A program made the translations under genes and the position numbers. A stretch of DNA of 60,768 nt, filler included, from Bipalium vagum (Eukaryota), in assembly GCA_037834085.1 (NCBI GenBank). It is 3 parts of 3 records of this genome, joined end to end, with 100 filler letters (N's around TTAATTAATTAA, not from the genome) between each part and the next. Parts side by side here need not be neighbours in the genome. Positions count along the whole stretch, not along the records: positions 1 to 19,125 come from JBBMKC010006002.1; positions 19,226 to 41,108 come from JBBMKC010230080.1; 1 more part is not named here. One strand, given 5' to 3'. The notes under the pieces were generated by a model. That model made no database searches. It saw nothing but the letters and a program-made list of their open reading frames with translations, and was not told the origin of the DNA. This document shows, piece by piece, positions 13,002 to 25,150 of this stretch (the stretch's first letter is position 1; each line of letters begins with the position of its first letter).

Positions 13002-14219
13002 TGATAATAATAATAAAAATAATTTAAAATGATTATTTCCCAAATCCGAAAAGTACAAAAAATTTCTTTGAAGAAAATTGTCATGAACTAATGTTTTTGA
13101 TTTATGTTAGAAAATCTCATAAAGAGAATAATAATAATGATGATTTATCTAATTAATTTAATTATTATTTTTTACTGAAAACTTTACGTTTGCTGTAAAT
13201 TTTTATTTCCTTCATCAGAGAATATCGCTAAATCAACGATGGAAAAGATGAACAAGGTTCACCCCAAAACGAGAAGAAATAAATAATATTGAATTAAAAT
13301 ATTTCTTTTCATCGAAACCAGAAAATGTTGTTGGTATTGAATATCGGAAATGAAATAATTATCGATCTTTGTTACAAAAATTGTAAATAAATAAAAAATA
13401 ACGTTCGACGGGCGCGAGATGGGAATTCAATTATATTTTTCCACAATGGAATTTGATTCAAGGAAACGGAGAAGGATATTTTTTCCCCAGATTTATTTGC
13501 GAGATTTGTAGGAAAAAGGGATAATTGTTTAAATTATTTCGCATTTTATCGTTTTCCAATATTTATTTATAATTTTTGTTGCTTAGTTGCTTTTGAGATA
13601 TTTTTGACATAAACTGGCCAAAGGGTTGTTTTTACTAAATTCCCCGACCTCCTTCTTCAAAAAGAAGTATCTCTAATTTTTATTCGGGCTCATTCATTTA
13701 CTTAGAAAAGATGTGGAAGCTTTATGACATCTTCAAGTTAAAATCGGTCATTTTGATTTTAAATAATAATAATTTGTTTTAAATTAAATATACTTAAAAA
13801 GTCAACATTGTTTAAATTCATCAAGTAGTTAATTTTTTTTTAAATTACTTTTTTCTGGTTATTTTTTTATTTAAATTTTTTCTCAAATTTTCATTATATA
13901 TTTAATAAAACTTTTTAAATATTACGAATAAATATTATTTAATGTTACTTAGTTACAAAGCGAGAACGATAAATTGGCAAAAGATTTTATAATTGATTTT
14001 TGTTTTAATATTTATTAACATTGAAAATTTTTGTTTAAATAATTTAATTTAACAAAATAGTTTCATTTAACACGCGATAAATAAATGGAACTTTTATAAG
14101 TTAAGTAACTTAATAAATAATATATAATTTGTTTAAATTAGTTAATCTATATTGATCAGCAAGTTTAAAATGATGTACAGATGTACGATAAACATACCAG
14201 TATTATTATTTCATTAATT

Positions 14220-15500
14220 ACATTTTCGGAAATGAATCTCAAGAATCGTATTGTAAATTTTTATAATGAAAATATACATTGGTGAAAAGTTTTGTCTTTG
14301 ATGAAAACATACCAAAATAGTCTGTGTATTCTCACTAACCAAAGCAGGTACTGCATTACTTAAGAAATGAGAATGTGAAAATTTTCAAAAAAGTTAATCA
14401 TCCAGTAAATGACATTGTGCCAGGCCAATTGAAGAGTTTTGGGCAGATTTGAAGCTAGTTGTATGCAATAAGAATTGTAGTGGTCAAAGTTCTCAAAAAC
14501 ATAATCAAGGAATATAAAATTGTTTAAAGAAAATAGACCTAAAATATATACAAAACAACGGGGATTTACCGTAGACTTGAGAATATAGCCTGGTTTGGCT
14601 TCAAAAATATGCTTTTTTTATAAAAGAAAAGAAGAGTTTTAGGACGTTTTCAAATCCTTGTATTTTTATCGAATATCTTGATCCGTTTATTTTTATGTAA
14701 CATTAAATAAAAGTGCAATTTTTTAAAAGGGTGTTTTAAAGCTAAATATTAGAAAAATCAAAGGAATACTAAAGAAGAGAAACCAAAATTACTGATCTTT
14801 TTGTCGGAGGAAAAGCTAAGCATGTTTCTGAGGTGTATAACATCCCATTACGGACTGTTTAATGTGAACAAAGGTTATTATGCAAATCCTGGCTCAATAA
14901 ATGAAAGTATTAGTTTTTTCAGACAATTTCTAAATTATATTTTAGTTTCAATTGTCCCAATAACTGCAAACTCTTCACTTTTTTGTCAAAATGGTTTGTC
15001 ATATCAATTATTTTTACACATGTTTCAATATCTTTTTATTTCCGTATTTTGGTGCTGCCTTCGTTTTGTGTGGCAACATAAACATCGTAACAACGCAATA
15101 TATTTCGTCTCAAATAATGCAGAATTCACATCTTACTTAAAACTTTGTATATAAACTTTTACTTCCTTCTTGACTTCCACTTCCTTATTTTCATCTCAAC
15201 CTTTGAATCTTAGAATGAATTCAAACCAGCTGTACGAACAGTTGATGCTGACGTACCAACTTTATTGGTCAATAGGCTTGGGTTTCCTTGTAGAGCTTGT
15301 AAAACTTTCTTTTCAATTATTATTTATTGTACCAGATTTTCTGGAAAGAACTTATTTTCCACTCATTGTTTTAGTTTTGCGGATAAGTTCCCAAAACATT
15401 TTATTGTTAATCGAAGCACTTTTAATTGTCTGGCTGTTACATTGCGAAATATTCAGCCATTAATATTTTTCGAAAATAGATTTCATTTTCTTTCACATTG
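14220..15500. mobile_element. Two decayed Tc1/maT-like transposase remnants (14220-14640 on +, 14800-15500 on -)
   Basis: Plus strand shows NVP-ARPIEEFWADLK. The antisense ORFs at 14801-15501 mirror a minus-strand transposase with HTH and DE-YF-like motifs. Confidence 0.55.
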
Positions 15501-15629
15501 ATTATCATTAATATGATTAAAGAAAAATGAAATTTTTACTACATATACTGTCTGATACATTAAATTGTCCTGTAAAAAAATTTACAACATTTATAATATA
15601 TATGTGTATATATATGTATATACAGAAAA

Positions 15630-16620
15630 TAATTATTAATATTTGGTATATCCTCCAGCTGCATCGATTATTACGGAAAGCCTTCGCTCCATAGTATCTA
15701 CAAGCCTGTACCGGTCATTCTCATTCCCATGATCGTGGTCCACAAATCCTGACACTTGCTGAACAGGGTGTCAGATGTATTTGGCATTATGAGCATATTA
15801 TTATACTAGTATTTCATGCGCCCTCACGCATTTTCGACGGGCTTAGAATGGGGACTGATTGCTGGCTACGGCAGAAGAGGTAAGTCATGATCATCGAACC
15901 AATCTCTTGTAAATTTGGCAGTATGTATTTGTGCATGTCTTGCTGGTAGAATTCCATGTTGTTCATTTTATCGACGAAAGGAAAGAGATTCCGTTCTAAC
16001 CAAATTTCTGTAACCATCTCTAGAAAATGATCCCCACACCATGCAGTGACATGAAATTCTGTTTGGAAGATGGGTAACTAACCGATCATGCAGCCTAGTG
16101 CTTTTCCTACACCATACAAGCTGTTGTCTATAATTCATCTGAACTTTGATTCATCAGTGAAGATGATTGCTGATCAGTTTGTTTGGTGATAATGATGTGC
16201 CAACAACAAACGCACTGCTTTGTGAGCCTTTGAAAGGAAGGACTTGTGTGCTCCAGAAAAAGAAAGAAAACCAATATTCTTCAAGCGGCGATTGATCGTG
16301 CCATATGATAATTTTTGGATTGCACACAAGTTTGATGCTACTTGCCTAGTTCCTTTGAAGGGATATTGTACGACATATCTCGCAATATGTATGTCAAACC
16401 TATCTGTCGTTTCTCGTGGACTCTTGGATTTGATATGGTTTTCTTCATGTGGCAGATCATTATTGATGTTTCGCTGGCAATATTTACTGACAGCAGACAG
16501 TGCCAGATCAATAGTATTGGCTATCTGTTCATATGTCCATTCCGCATGTTTGCGTAATGCATAAATCTGTCCTTTGTCAAAAGGTGTTAAATCGAAACCA
16601 CGGATAATTTGAAAAATATA
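15630..16620 (-). mobile_element. Tc1 transposon remnant, near full coding length, many disablements
   Basis: Minus strand: PFDKGQIYAL..IAIFTDESKF..MVWGSF..KYILP..SPDLxPxEN..W-like motifs. Confidence 0.8.
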
Positions 16621-16757
16621 CTGGAAATTAAACTAAACTAATATTCTAGCTAAATTATAAAGCATAAAACACTCACATAGTCTAACAAAATGACTTACAA
16701 AGCTTTAAATTAGAATTGATAACTATCTGATATATAAAAATAAATAAATCTGATATA

Positions 16758-17270
16758 CAGTACCTGCAAAAAGTATTCGTACGATCACTTAATTTCTAAA
16801 ATAGTTAGATTTAAGAAGCACTATGACAAAAAAAATATTGAAAAATAATTTTAATATAATGGACAGCAATTAATCTGGAAGTATGATGTAGCCTAAAGAT
16901 CAAACTAAAAAAAAAATCTATAAACTTATTTTTGGAAGACTCAGGAAATAAAGACCACAAGAATTATATTTATGACATATAAACAAAAAAGTATTGAATG
17001 TATGTGGCATGTTTAATATTTTATTGGACTTCCTTTGTTATTAAGCACCATTTGACATCTATTATCCATTGATTGCACCAGTTTTTTGCAAAAATCAGAA
17101 GCAATTTTCTGCCATTCTTATATAAGACATGCTTTTAACATTTCTTTTCCAGTTATCTCCCTTTCCTTCACTTTTCTTTTCAAATAGGACCATAAATTCT
17201 CAATATGATTCATGTCCGGTGATTGACCAATTCATTGCAAGACCACAACACTTGTATCTTCCAACAAATT
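16758..17270 (-). mobile_element. Tc1 3' end with TIR (same family as 2472-2724)
   Basis: TIR TA|CAGTACCTGCAAAAAGTATTCGTACGATCACTTAATTTC. Minus strand gives QSPDMNHIENLWSYLKRKV. Confidence 0.8.
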
Positions 17271-18779
17271 TATTTAATTGAAAAAGTTTTGAATTTCTTT
17301 TACTGTTCAATTTAATGTGTCAGACTGTATATTCACACGCCAAATCTCCATTCCACGTAATGAGAAAATTATGCCGATCCGAAAAAATGATATGCTGAGT
17401 ACATAATTTCACAATAAATAAATCATGTTCAATTACGTGTTGCTCAATTACAAAATTATTTCTAAATGGATAAAAATTAATTTTCCTTACGGAAATAAGA
17501 ATAAATAAAATTATATTTACTAAAATATAGCAGAATAAAAATAGAAAAATAAATTCTTCTTAAAAACATTTTTATAATTAAATAAATAATGCAAATTGTT
17601 TTAATGAATAAAATCAATACATTATTTAATGTATAATTAATTTATTATAAATCAATTTATTTTTTTTGTTCTAAAGAAGTTGATAATACTGACAGCTGAG
17701 TTTTTGTTAATTTTTATCTGAAACTTTACTTTAAATTAATAAAAAAGCATTCATCTAAGTGAACCCAGGGAAACCTTCTTTTCTCTAAATGAGTCTGATA
17801 TTCTCTGGGGAATATCAGGAATGCTAACCAAAATCTGTGGAACATATTAGGAATTATTTTTAATTTTTTTATATTTTAGCTATTCAGTTTCAATAATAAA
17901 TTCAATAAAGTTGTATCATATTATAATAATAATTTTTTAAAAAAAAATTTAATCAATATTATTTTTATTATTTTAGATTTGATATTTCATAATTTTTTAA
18001 AAACACTTTTATTTTTAATTTATGAAAAAATTTTAAATAAATTAATAAATAATATTTTTATTAAAAATTTTTTTCAATTTCAAAAAAATTATTTTAATTT
18101 TTGTTTAATTTTATGAAAAATGCACAACACATATATCAAAATTTTTTTAAACAAATAACAATTTTATTAGGTCTAATCACAGTTTTAAAAATATTTAAAA
18201 ATATTATTTTATTAAAAAAATATAAATATTTTGTATTGCAATATATATATTATATATAAACATAATAAGAAGAATAATTTTGATAGATAATACTAATAAT
18301 TATGCTAATACTAATTATATATATCATAATAGCCTATATGTAGAGGAACGCGTCACCTCAGGAAACGTATTAGTGAAATTTCATAATTAAGCAGAACCAA
18401 TAAAGTCTTAGACCATTTTATAAATTTCGTTGTGCTCAAAGTATACAATTATGAGAAATATAATTAAGTAATAATACGTTTATCCAACCAAATAATATTG
18501 TAATTAAGAAATTATACTATCGCTTAATGGATTAAAAAATATATATAATATTAATTTTAAATATTATTGATTGGAGAAAAAGTGATAAAAATTTCAAAAC
18601 ATTTCTCATAATAATAAATTGTATAAAACTTTTTTTAAAAATTAAAACAAAGGCTTAAGTAAAAAATAATATTTAGAATAATATATAATATATTAATAAT
18701 AAATAATATCAATAAAATATTAATAAATATATAAAAAATATAAATATTTTTATTAAATATTATATATCCTATTTATAAG

Positions 18780-19060
18780 AGAAAATATAAAACCATAAAT
18801 AATATATTATTTCTTCAATATTTTTACGACATAATACTTTCTCTTTATTCCCCTGAATATTTAAATAAAATCGCTCAACGGTTTGATTAGTTCTAATGTT
18901 CAATGGGTTGAAAAGGCCTAATTGAGAATTTTTATTCCGAATTGCCCATCTTTCCTTTATTGGGCAATAATTCATAATTAATCATATTTCCCAATTTTAA
19001 CCAATTTAATCATCCAACATTCCCCAATTGATAAAATATCGTTGCCCACCATCCAAATTG
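18780..19060 (-). mobile_element. Possible Mutator/MULE transposase fragment
   Basis: YCPIKERWA..LNIRTNQTVERFY resembles the MULE W-A...TNNxxEx[FH] catalytic-E motif. Confidence 0.4.
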
Positions 19061-19125
19061 GGTTTACTTAAATAATATATATGATAAATACATTATCCAA
19101 TATTCCCCCACAATAAGTTATAGAA

Positions 19126-19225
19126 NNNNNNNNNNNNNNNNNNNNNNNNNNNNNNNNNNNNNNNNNNNNTTAATTAATTAANNNNNNNNNNNNNNNNNNN
19201 NNNNNNNNNNNNNNNNNNNNNNNNN
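19126..19225. other. Assembly linker: 44 N + TTAATTAATTAA + 44 N
   Basis: Directly visible. The 12-mer places stop codons in all six frames. Confidence 0.97.
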
Positions 19226-19489
19226 TGTCTATTTAAATATTAAATTAAATTAATAATAGATGCATCTAATGTCATTCAAAACGACATCGAAAAAAAACGG
19301 CACGAATTTATTAGACAACCTAATATATTGGTTGCAAGGCATTGAAAATAAAATTATTTGTTGTTTTAAATTGATACTAACTTATTTCACACCATGTATT
19401 ATGAAATAAAATAGAATTGTTACTTAAAGGATTTGAAATAGTGAGATGTCCAGGATAATTTTAATTTATAGGTTTATTTAATATATAAA

Positions 19490-20130
19490 ACTGATTTCAT
19501 CCGTCGGATCATAACTGTAAATGAGACTTGGATTTATCATCATGATTCTTAATAACGTTTGCAGTTGACAGAAGCAGGATGTTCCGTTCCCAATGCAGCA
19601 AAAGAGAGAACGATCATTAAGAAAGATTATGGCATCCATTTTCTGAGATCTGAAAGGTCTTTGTTGATCGATAACCTGGAAAATGGAAAAGCTGTCAAGT
19701 CCAATTATTATACTAATCTATTAGATCAGTTGGTGCGAAACATTCTTATAAAAAGACCTAGACTGAAAAAATCATCTTTCATCAGGTAAATCAGATCACA
19801 AACATGATTTGACAATGGTAAAACGGGACAAAATAAATTTCAAAATTATTAAACAACCACTTTATTCTCCAAGCTATTTTTATCTCTTTAGAAACCTTAA
19901 GCATTTCCTTCGTGTTAGGATTTTTTGCATCAAATGAGGAGATTGCGACAGCTTTAAATCATTACTTTCGCGATCTTCTAGATTCGCACTTAAGATAAGG
20001 AATGGAATTATTGGAGAAAGGGTGGACTAGTTGTCTTACATTGTCACGAGATCATATTGAATAATACATGTTTTTTTCGGTAATTTTTACATTCTTTCCT
20101 TTCTAGACTTAAGATTTTTCACGCAACCTA
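19490..20130 (+). mobile_element. mariner transposase catalytic-domain remnant
   Basis: IITVNETWIYHHD, KIMASIF*D, LLIDNLENGKAVKSNYYTNLLDQL and QPLYSP motifs; disrupted. Confidence 0.8.
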
Positions 20131-20567
20131 TAATATTTGGAAATATATTTACCATATTCAATTTTGTTCCATTTTTTCCAGATATTTTAAATTTCTTAGT
20201 TTCAGCAAAGAGTAATAAAAGTTTACTATTCATTGTGCTCACTAATCTCTTTGTTATTTCGAAATATTTTTAGCTTCATATTGATTGTGTGTATTTTATC
20301 GACTTTATTAAAAATCTATGGAATATCACCATCACACATATAGCAACATTAGAACGTACTTAATCTTAAATTAATTAGTGTCTTTAATTCTTTTTCTTAA
20401 TTCTATATTAAATAAATATTACAGATTTAAAATTATTTTTCAATTCAAAAGCAACACAATGCCCCATTTGATATCAATAACTTTAACTTATGAATAAAGG
20501 GGTTCAGTTTAAAGACAATTTTTAATGTTTTGTATTTATGTTCATATTTTCACTGAAAAACGATACA

Positions 20568-21271
20568 CAGCCACACCTCGATTATCCGACCTTTTGGTTG
20601 CAAGCTTTTTTTGAATTGAATACCAAATTTGAATCATCAAAATTCACTTAGTTTATTCTCAGTTCATCAGTTTCAGTTTCTGTTACATTTAGTTTCTGAA
20701 ATTTTCAAAAGTTCTTTTATGACATGAAAGAATTTCTCTCACGAAAATTCTTTCTAAATCATCAACATTCTTGTAAATAGCTGCTTTATCAATATTCCGT
20801 CTAAAATAACCCTCTTTTAAAAGTATTTTGAAATTGTTAATACTTTCTTTACAAGTACTGCAGAAGGACTATTTTGAATTTTTCCTTATATAGAAATTAC
20901 TTCTTTTTACTGAGTCTTTAATGTTGGTTAATCAGTCATCCATTTGACCTTTCCCCAAAGTTTTTCTGGAATTTCTCTGAATGTTGTTTTTGGATTTTGA
21001 ATTCTTAATGACCAAATAAAAGATTATACGAAGGATAGTTAAAAATGATCTTTTTTAAATTGATTTTATATTTATTATATATATTATATATTATATATTT
21101 ATTAAATATTTCCAATTTAAAAATAAATGCTTCTTAAATTAAACAATTAATCTTATAAAATCTATGACCACCCTCTGAGATCGGTTAATTCCTATTTAAT
21201 TATCAGAGACTTTAGAAATTGGTCAATATTTTGTTCGGATAGCAAAAAGTCGGATAATCAAGGTTTCACTG
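20568..21271. mobile_element. Non-autonomous pogo/Tigger-like element with TIRs
   Basis: Left CAGCCACACCTCGATTATCCGACCTTTT is an imperfect inverted repeat of right AAAAAGTCGGATAATCAAGGTTTCACTG|TA. The CAGT..CCTCGATTATCCG type of terminus is typical of pogo-family TIRs. Confidence 0.7.
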
Positions 21272-22169
21272 TAAAAAAAACTCTTATAATTTATGTGAAA
21301 GTTTTTTAATTTGTACAGAAGAATATGTTTAGTACTAGATCAATATATTTAATAAAAAATGTATAAGTTTCACAATTTTTCTAAACTTCACTTAATTCAT
21401 CACTAGTTTATAAATGCTTGCTTTTTTGACTGAGATTTTTAAAAAAATATCTTACTTTCGACTATTTTATGTAATAAAAAATATTTTGTTGTTTTAAAAT
21501 TTTTTAAATATTCGTGGAAAAAATGATTTTCTGAAAATATAGAATGGAATTATTTAAAAAGATACAAAAATTTTAATGAAATATACAATAAAAAACTTTT
21601 ATAGACAGTGATAAAAAATAATAGTAAAATAAAAATTAAAAAAAGAAATATATTTTTTAAATATATAAAAATATAAATCCATTTAAAAATTTTATAAAAA
21701 AATAAAAATTTATTCAAGTGTTATATATTTATATTTATGAAATATAAAAAATGAAGCATTTTACTATGAATCTGCTTAAATGTAAATATATTTTATTTTT
21801 TAAAAGTAATGTATTTTAAACCATTTATTAATATATATAATTATTTTATTAATAAATATCATAATAATATCTAAATATCATATACATCTTTAGTATTACT
21901 GGATTTTTGAAAATAAAATTAAAAAATATATTTAATATTAAAATGTACGAATAAAAATAGTTAAAATAACAAATAAAAGGCGAAAATGAACAAATAATAA
22001 GAATAATAAAAATAAATGAAAAAAATATAATATAAAAAATATATTTTTAAAATAGACTCATTTCAATAATTTTGAACAATTTTTTTATAAATATTTATTA
22101 TCACGAAACACTTTTCAACGCCTGTTACTAAATTATAGTAAAAAAGGGTTCATTTTTATTTCGTGTAAG

Positions 22170-22740
22170 GAGAAATATGGCAAAACCGAAAGCTGCACTT
22201 TATTCCTTTCAGTCATTGTATGCGACTTATTAGAAACCTATTCCAGGGTCTTTAAATTCCATATTGCGGTCGAAATATTTACACCAAGGCCCATAAGAAT
22301 CTCCTGTATTGAAATCTTAAAATTTTTTCTAACACGGTACCACTCATATCCTCTTTAATTGCTGAAGGTCGTCCAGAACGAGATTTATCTTCCAATCTAA
22401 AATCCCCATGAAGAAATCATTTCTTAACAGTCTTTAGAGAAAGACTGCCATCTAAATAGACGCCATGAACGTTTTAATATGAAATTTCATCACTAACACT
22501 TTCATGAAATTCATTTAACATTACATAACTAAATGCATTTCATCTGTATTGATATTTTAAATAATACCGCAAGTTAAATATATATTATTTAAAAAACCAT
22601 TTAACCTAAAATAATACCTGATAATATCACCTAAACAATATGATTTATTTAAATATAAAACATTAGTCATAACGTCCTGATTCTGGTTTGTAATAAAGTA
22701 TTTAAAAATCTGTCACAAACATTTGCAATGACCCAATATA
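22170..22740 (-). mobile_element. mariner N-terminal remnant
   Basis: Minus strand GDFRLEDKSRSGRPSAIKE motif. Confidence 0.7.
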
Positions 22741-24401
22741 TTATTTCCAGTATAATTTATAATTTATGTATTTTATCGAACTACTTTTTCAGTTCATTAT
22801 GTAATATTTTTTTAATTAAAATATATTTATTTATATATTATTTGTATAATTATTAATTTATTTATATATTATTTATTTATTATATTTAATTTAATATTTA
22901 ATATATTATTTAATAATATATATATTAATATTTTTTTATTTTAAAGAAAAAATGTTAATATATAAAACTAAGTTCAGTGCGATTCAATAAGGACAAATAT
23001 TAATTATAAAGAAAATAAAATAATAATTTTTCAAAGATGTAAAGGAAAATAAAATTATTAAAACATGATAAAGTTGATGTATATATTTTTATTAATTATT
23101 TTATTTATACTTAAATTTAGAAGAGTGAATGTACTAATATTAATAATAAAAAATGAAAACCAATAATACTTTCCATATACAGAAGGAGAAAAAATAATAT
23201 TAATAATGATTGTTCATATTTAATATCAAATCTGCCTCATTCCATGCATGAAAAAGAGAACAAGCCGAAACCTAATCGGATTTTCATTCTTTTTCCCTTT
23301 TGAAGCAAAGTTGTTTAATGTGTGTTTTAAAACTAATCATCTAATAAAACGGCATTGCAGAATTATAAATAAATTTATAAAAATATTTTTTAAAAAGATT
23401 TTCTTAATTAAAAATATTATTTGGAAAAACAGTTGCAAAAACAAATAAAAAATATTAAAATAAAAATATTTTGTAGAATTACATTTTCATTTTAGGAAAG
23501 AAAAAGCATTAGTGTTTTATAAGAATTAAATAACGAAAAAATATGATAAAAAAAAATCAACATCTTTTTCTGGAATAATCTTTAAATTTTTTTAAAAAGA
23601 GCTAATAAATTATTTGAAAGTAAATATTAAATATATATTATAAAATGGGCATGGTAATTAACAACTAATAAAACAATTAAAAATAAATATATAAAAAATA
23701 TAATATATAGTAAAAAATATATAATATTTAAGCACATGCTATATTAAATAAAATTATTAAATAAATTATTAAGATTAGCTTTAAAATGAAAATAATTAAC
23801 CAAATTCCTCATTATTATTTATATATTAAATTATAGTTTTATTATTTTATTTTATATTTATATTGTTCCTCAGTTCCTTCTGGACCCCGATTTTTGATTT
23901 CATATTAAAAGGGAACAAACCAGAGAATCCAACTGAAATCATATAAAAAGAAATCCTCAAAAAAGAGTCTAAAATTCTTTTCCTCGTCCAAATTTAATTA
24001 GAGCCAAGAAATAATAATTTTCTCAACAAAAACCAAATTATTAACTATTAAAATTTTTTGTCTTCTTTTAACATTTAATTAAAATTTACATTATGGATTC
24101 TTAGAAGATTATAAATTATTAAATATTATAACATTAATTCTTTTATATTTTTATTTATTTAAATACAATTTTTTAAGTGTATTCAATATATTGTCAAAAA
24201 ATTTAAATATTAAAAAAAAAATTTTAGAATAATTAAAAATTTCAAGTGGGCTAAAAAAATTAATTTACTAATTCTTAGATAATATCCTAAATATTTTTAT
24301 TTTTTATTTATTAAATAAAACAATATATTATTAATTTAATAGTGAAACAAAAATAATTCAATTTGTTATTAATTCAATATTAAAGAAAATATTGATAGAT
24401 A

Positions 24402-25150
24402 TTAGGTGTACAACTATAACTCAAGCTTTTTTTAAAATGATAATAAAAATTTTGTTTGCACATATATCTAAATTATATTGAATTGATCTATAAACAAAAA
24501 TATCATATAATTAATAATATCACGAGACAGTTGTTTTAATATTCCTTGTTTAAATATTATAGTGATTCAAAATGTCAATATTCATCCCAAATAAACGACA
24601 TTTGCGGAAAGTAATTCTACATTGCTCTATTGCCAAGAAAACTGCAGCGGAAAAGTACCGCTTGCAACGAGATACCTGTGGAGAACATGCTCTTTCGCTG
24701 ACCACATGTAAAGATTGGTTTGCCATTTTAGAAATGGCAAATATGTTACGAACGACAAGGAGCATGTGAAGCCACAAAAATAATGTGAAGATAGAGATTT
24801 GAGAAGACTGTTGGACGAAGACCTATGCCAAACACAATCTGATCTGGCTGTCGCATTAAATGTGACTCAAGAATGCATTTCAAAAAAACTGGCAGCTTTA
24901 GGAATTATTCGAAAATTAGGAATTTGGATCCCACATGAATTGACAGAAAGATGCATTGAACAGCGAAAAACAATTTGTGTTGTCTTTATTCAGAAACAAA
25001 AAAGGAAAAATTTTTTTCATTGAATTATCACAGGAGACGAAAAATGGATTCCTTATGACAATCCAAAACGCAAAGCAGCTTGGGTGATGACAGGTGAACC
25101 CGGCCCATCAACACCGAAACAAAATTTCCACGGTTTGAAAGTTATGTTGT
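24402..25150 (+). mobile_element. mariner (Mos1-like) 5' half, 3'-truncated
   Basis: TIR TA|TTAGGTGTACAACT. Coding MSIFIPNKRHLRKVILH..KDWF, LLDEDLCQTQSDLA..GIWIPHELT, IITGDEKWIPYDNPKRK. Confidence 0.9.

Noticed and set aside
14801-16564. Several plus-strand ORFs of 71-117 aa
   Set aside because: They are antisense to decayed Tc1-like transposases and carry no independent motifs.
17795-17818. Hairpin CTGATATTC-N6-GAATATCAG
   Set aside because: An isolated 9-bp stem is plausible by chance in 60 kb of AT-rich DNA, and bacterial terminator logic does not apply.
19170-19181. Palindromic TTAATTAATTAA as a biological site (also 41153-41164)
   Set aside because: It is embedded symmetrically in N runs and is a synthetic assembly spacer.
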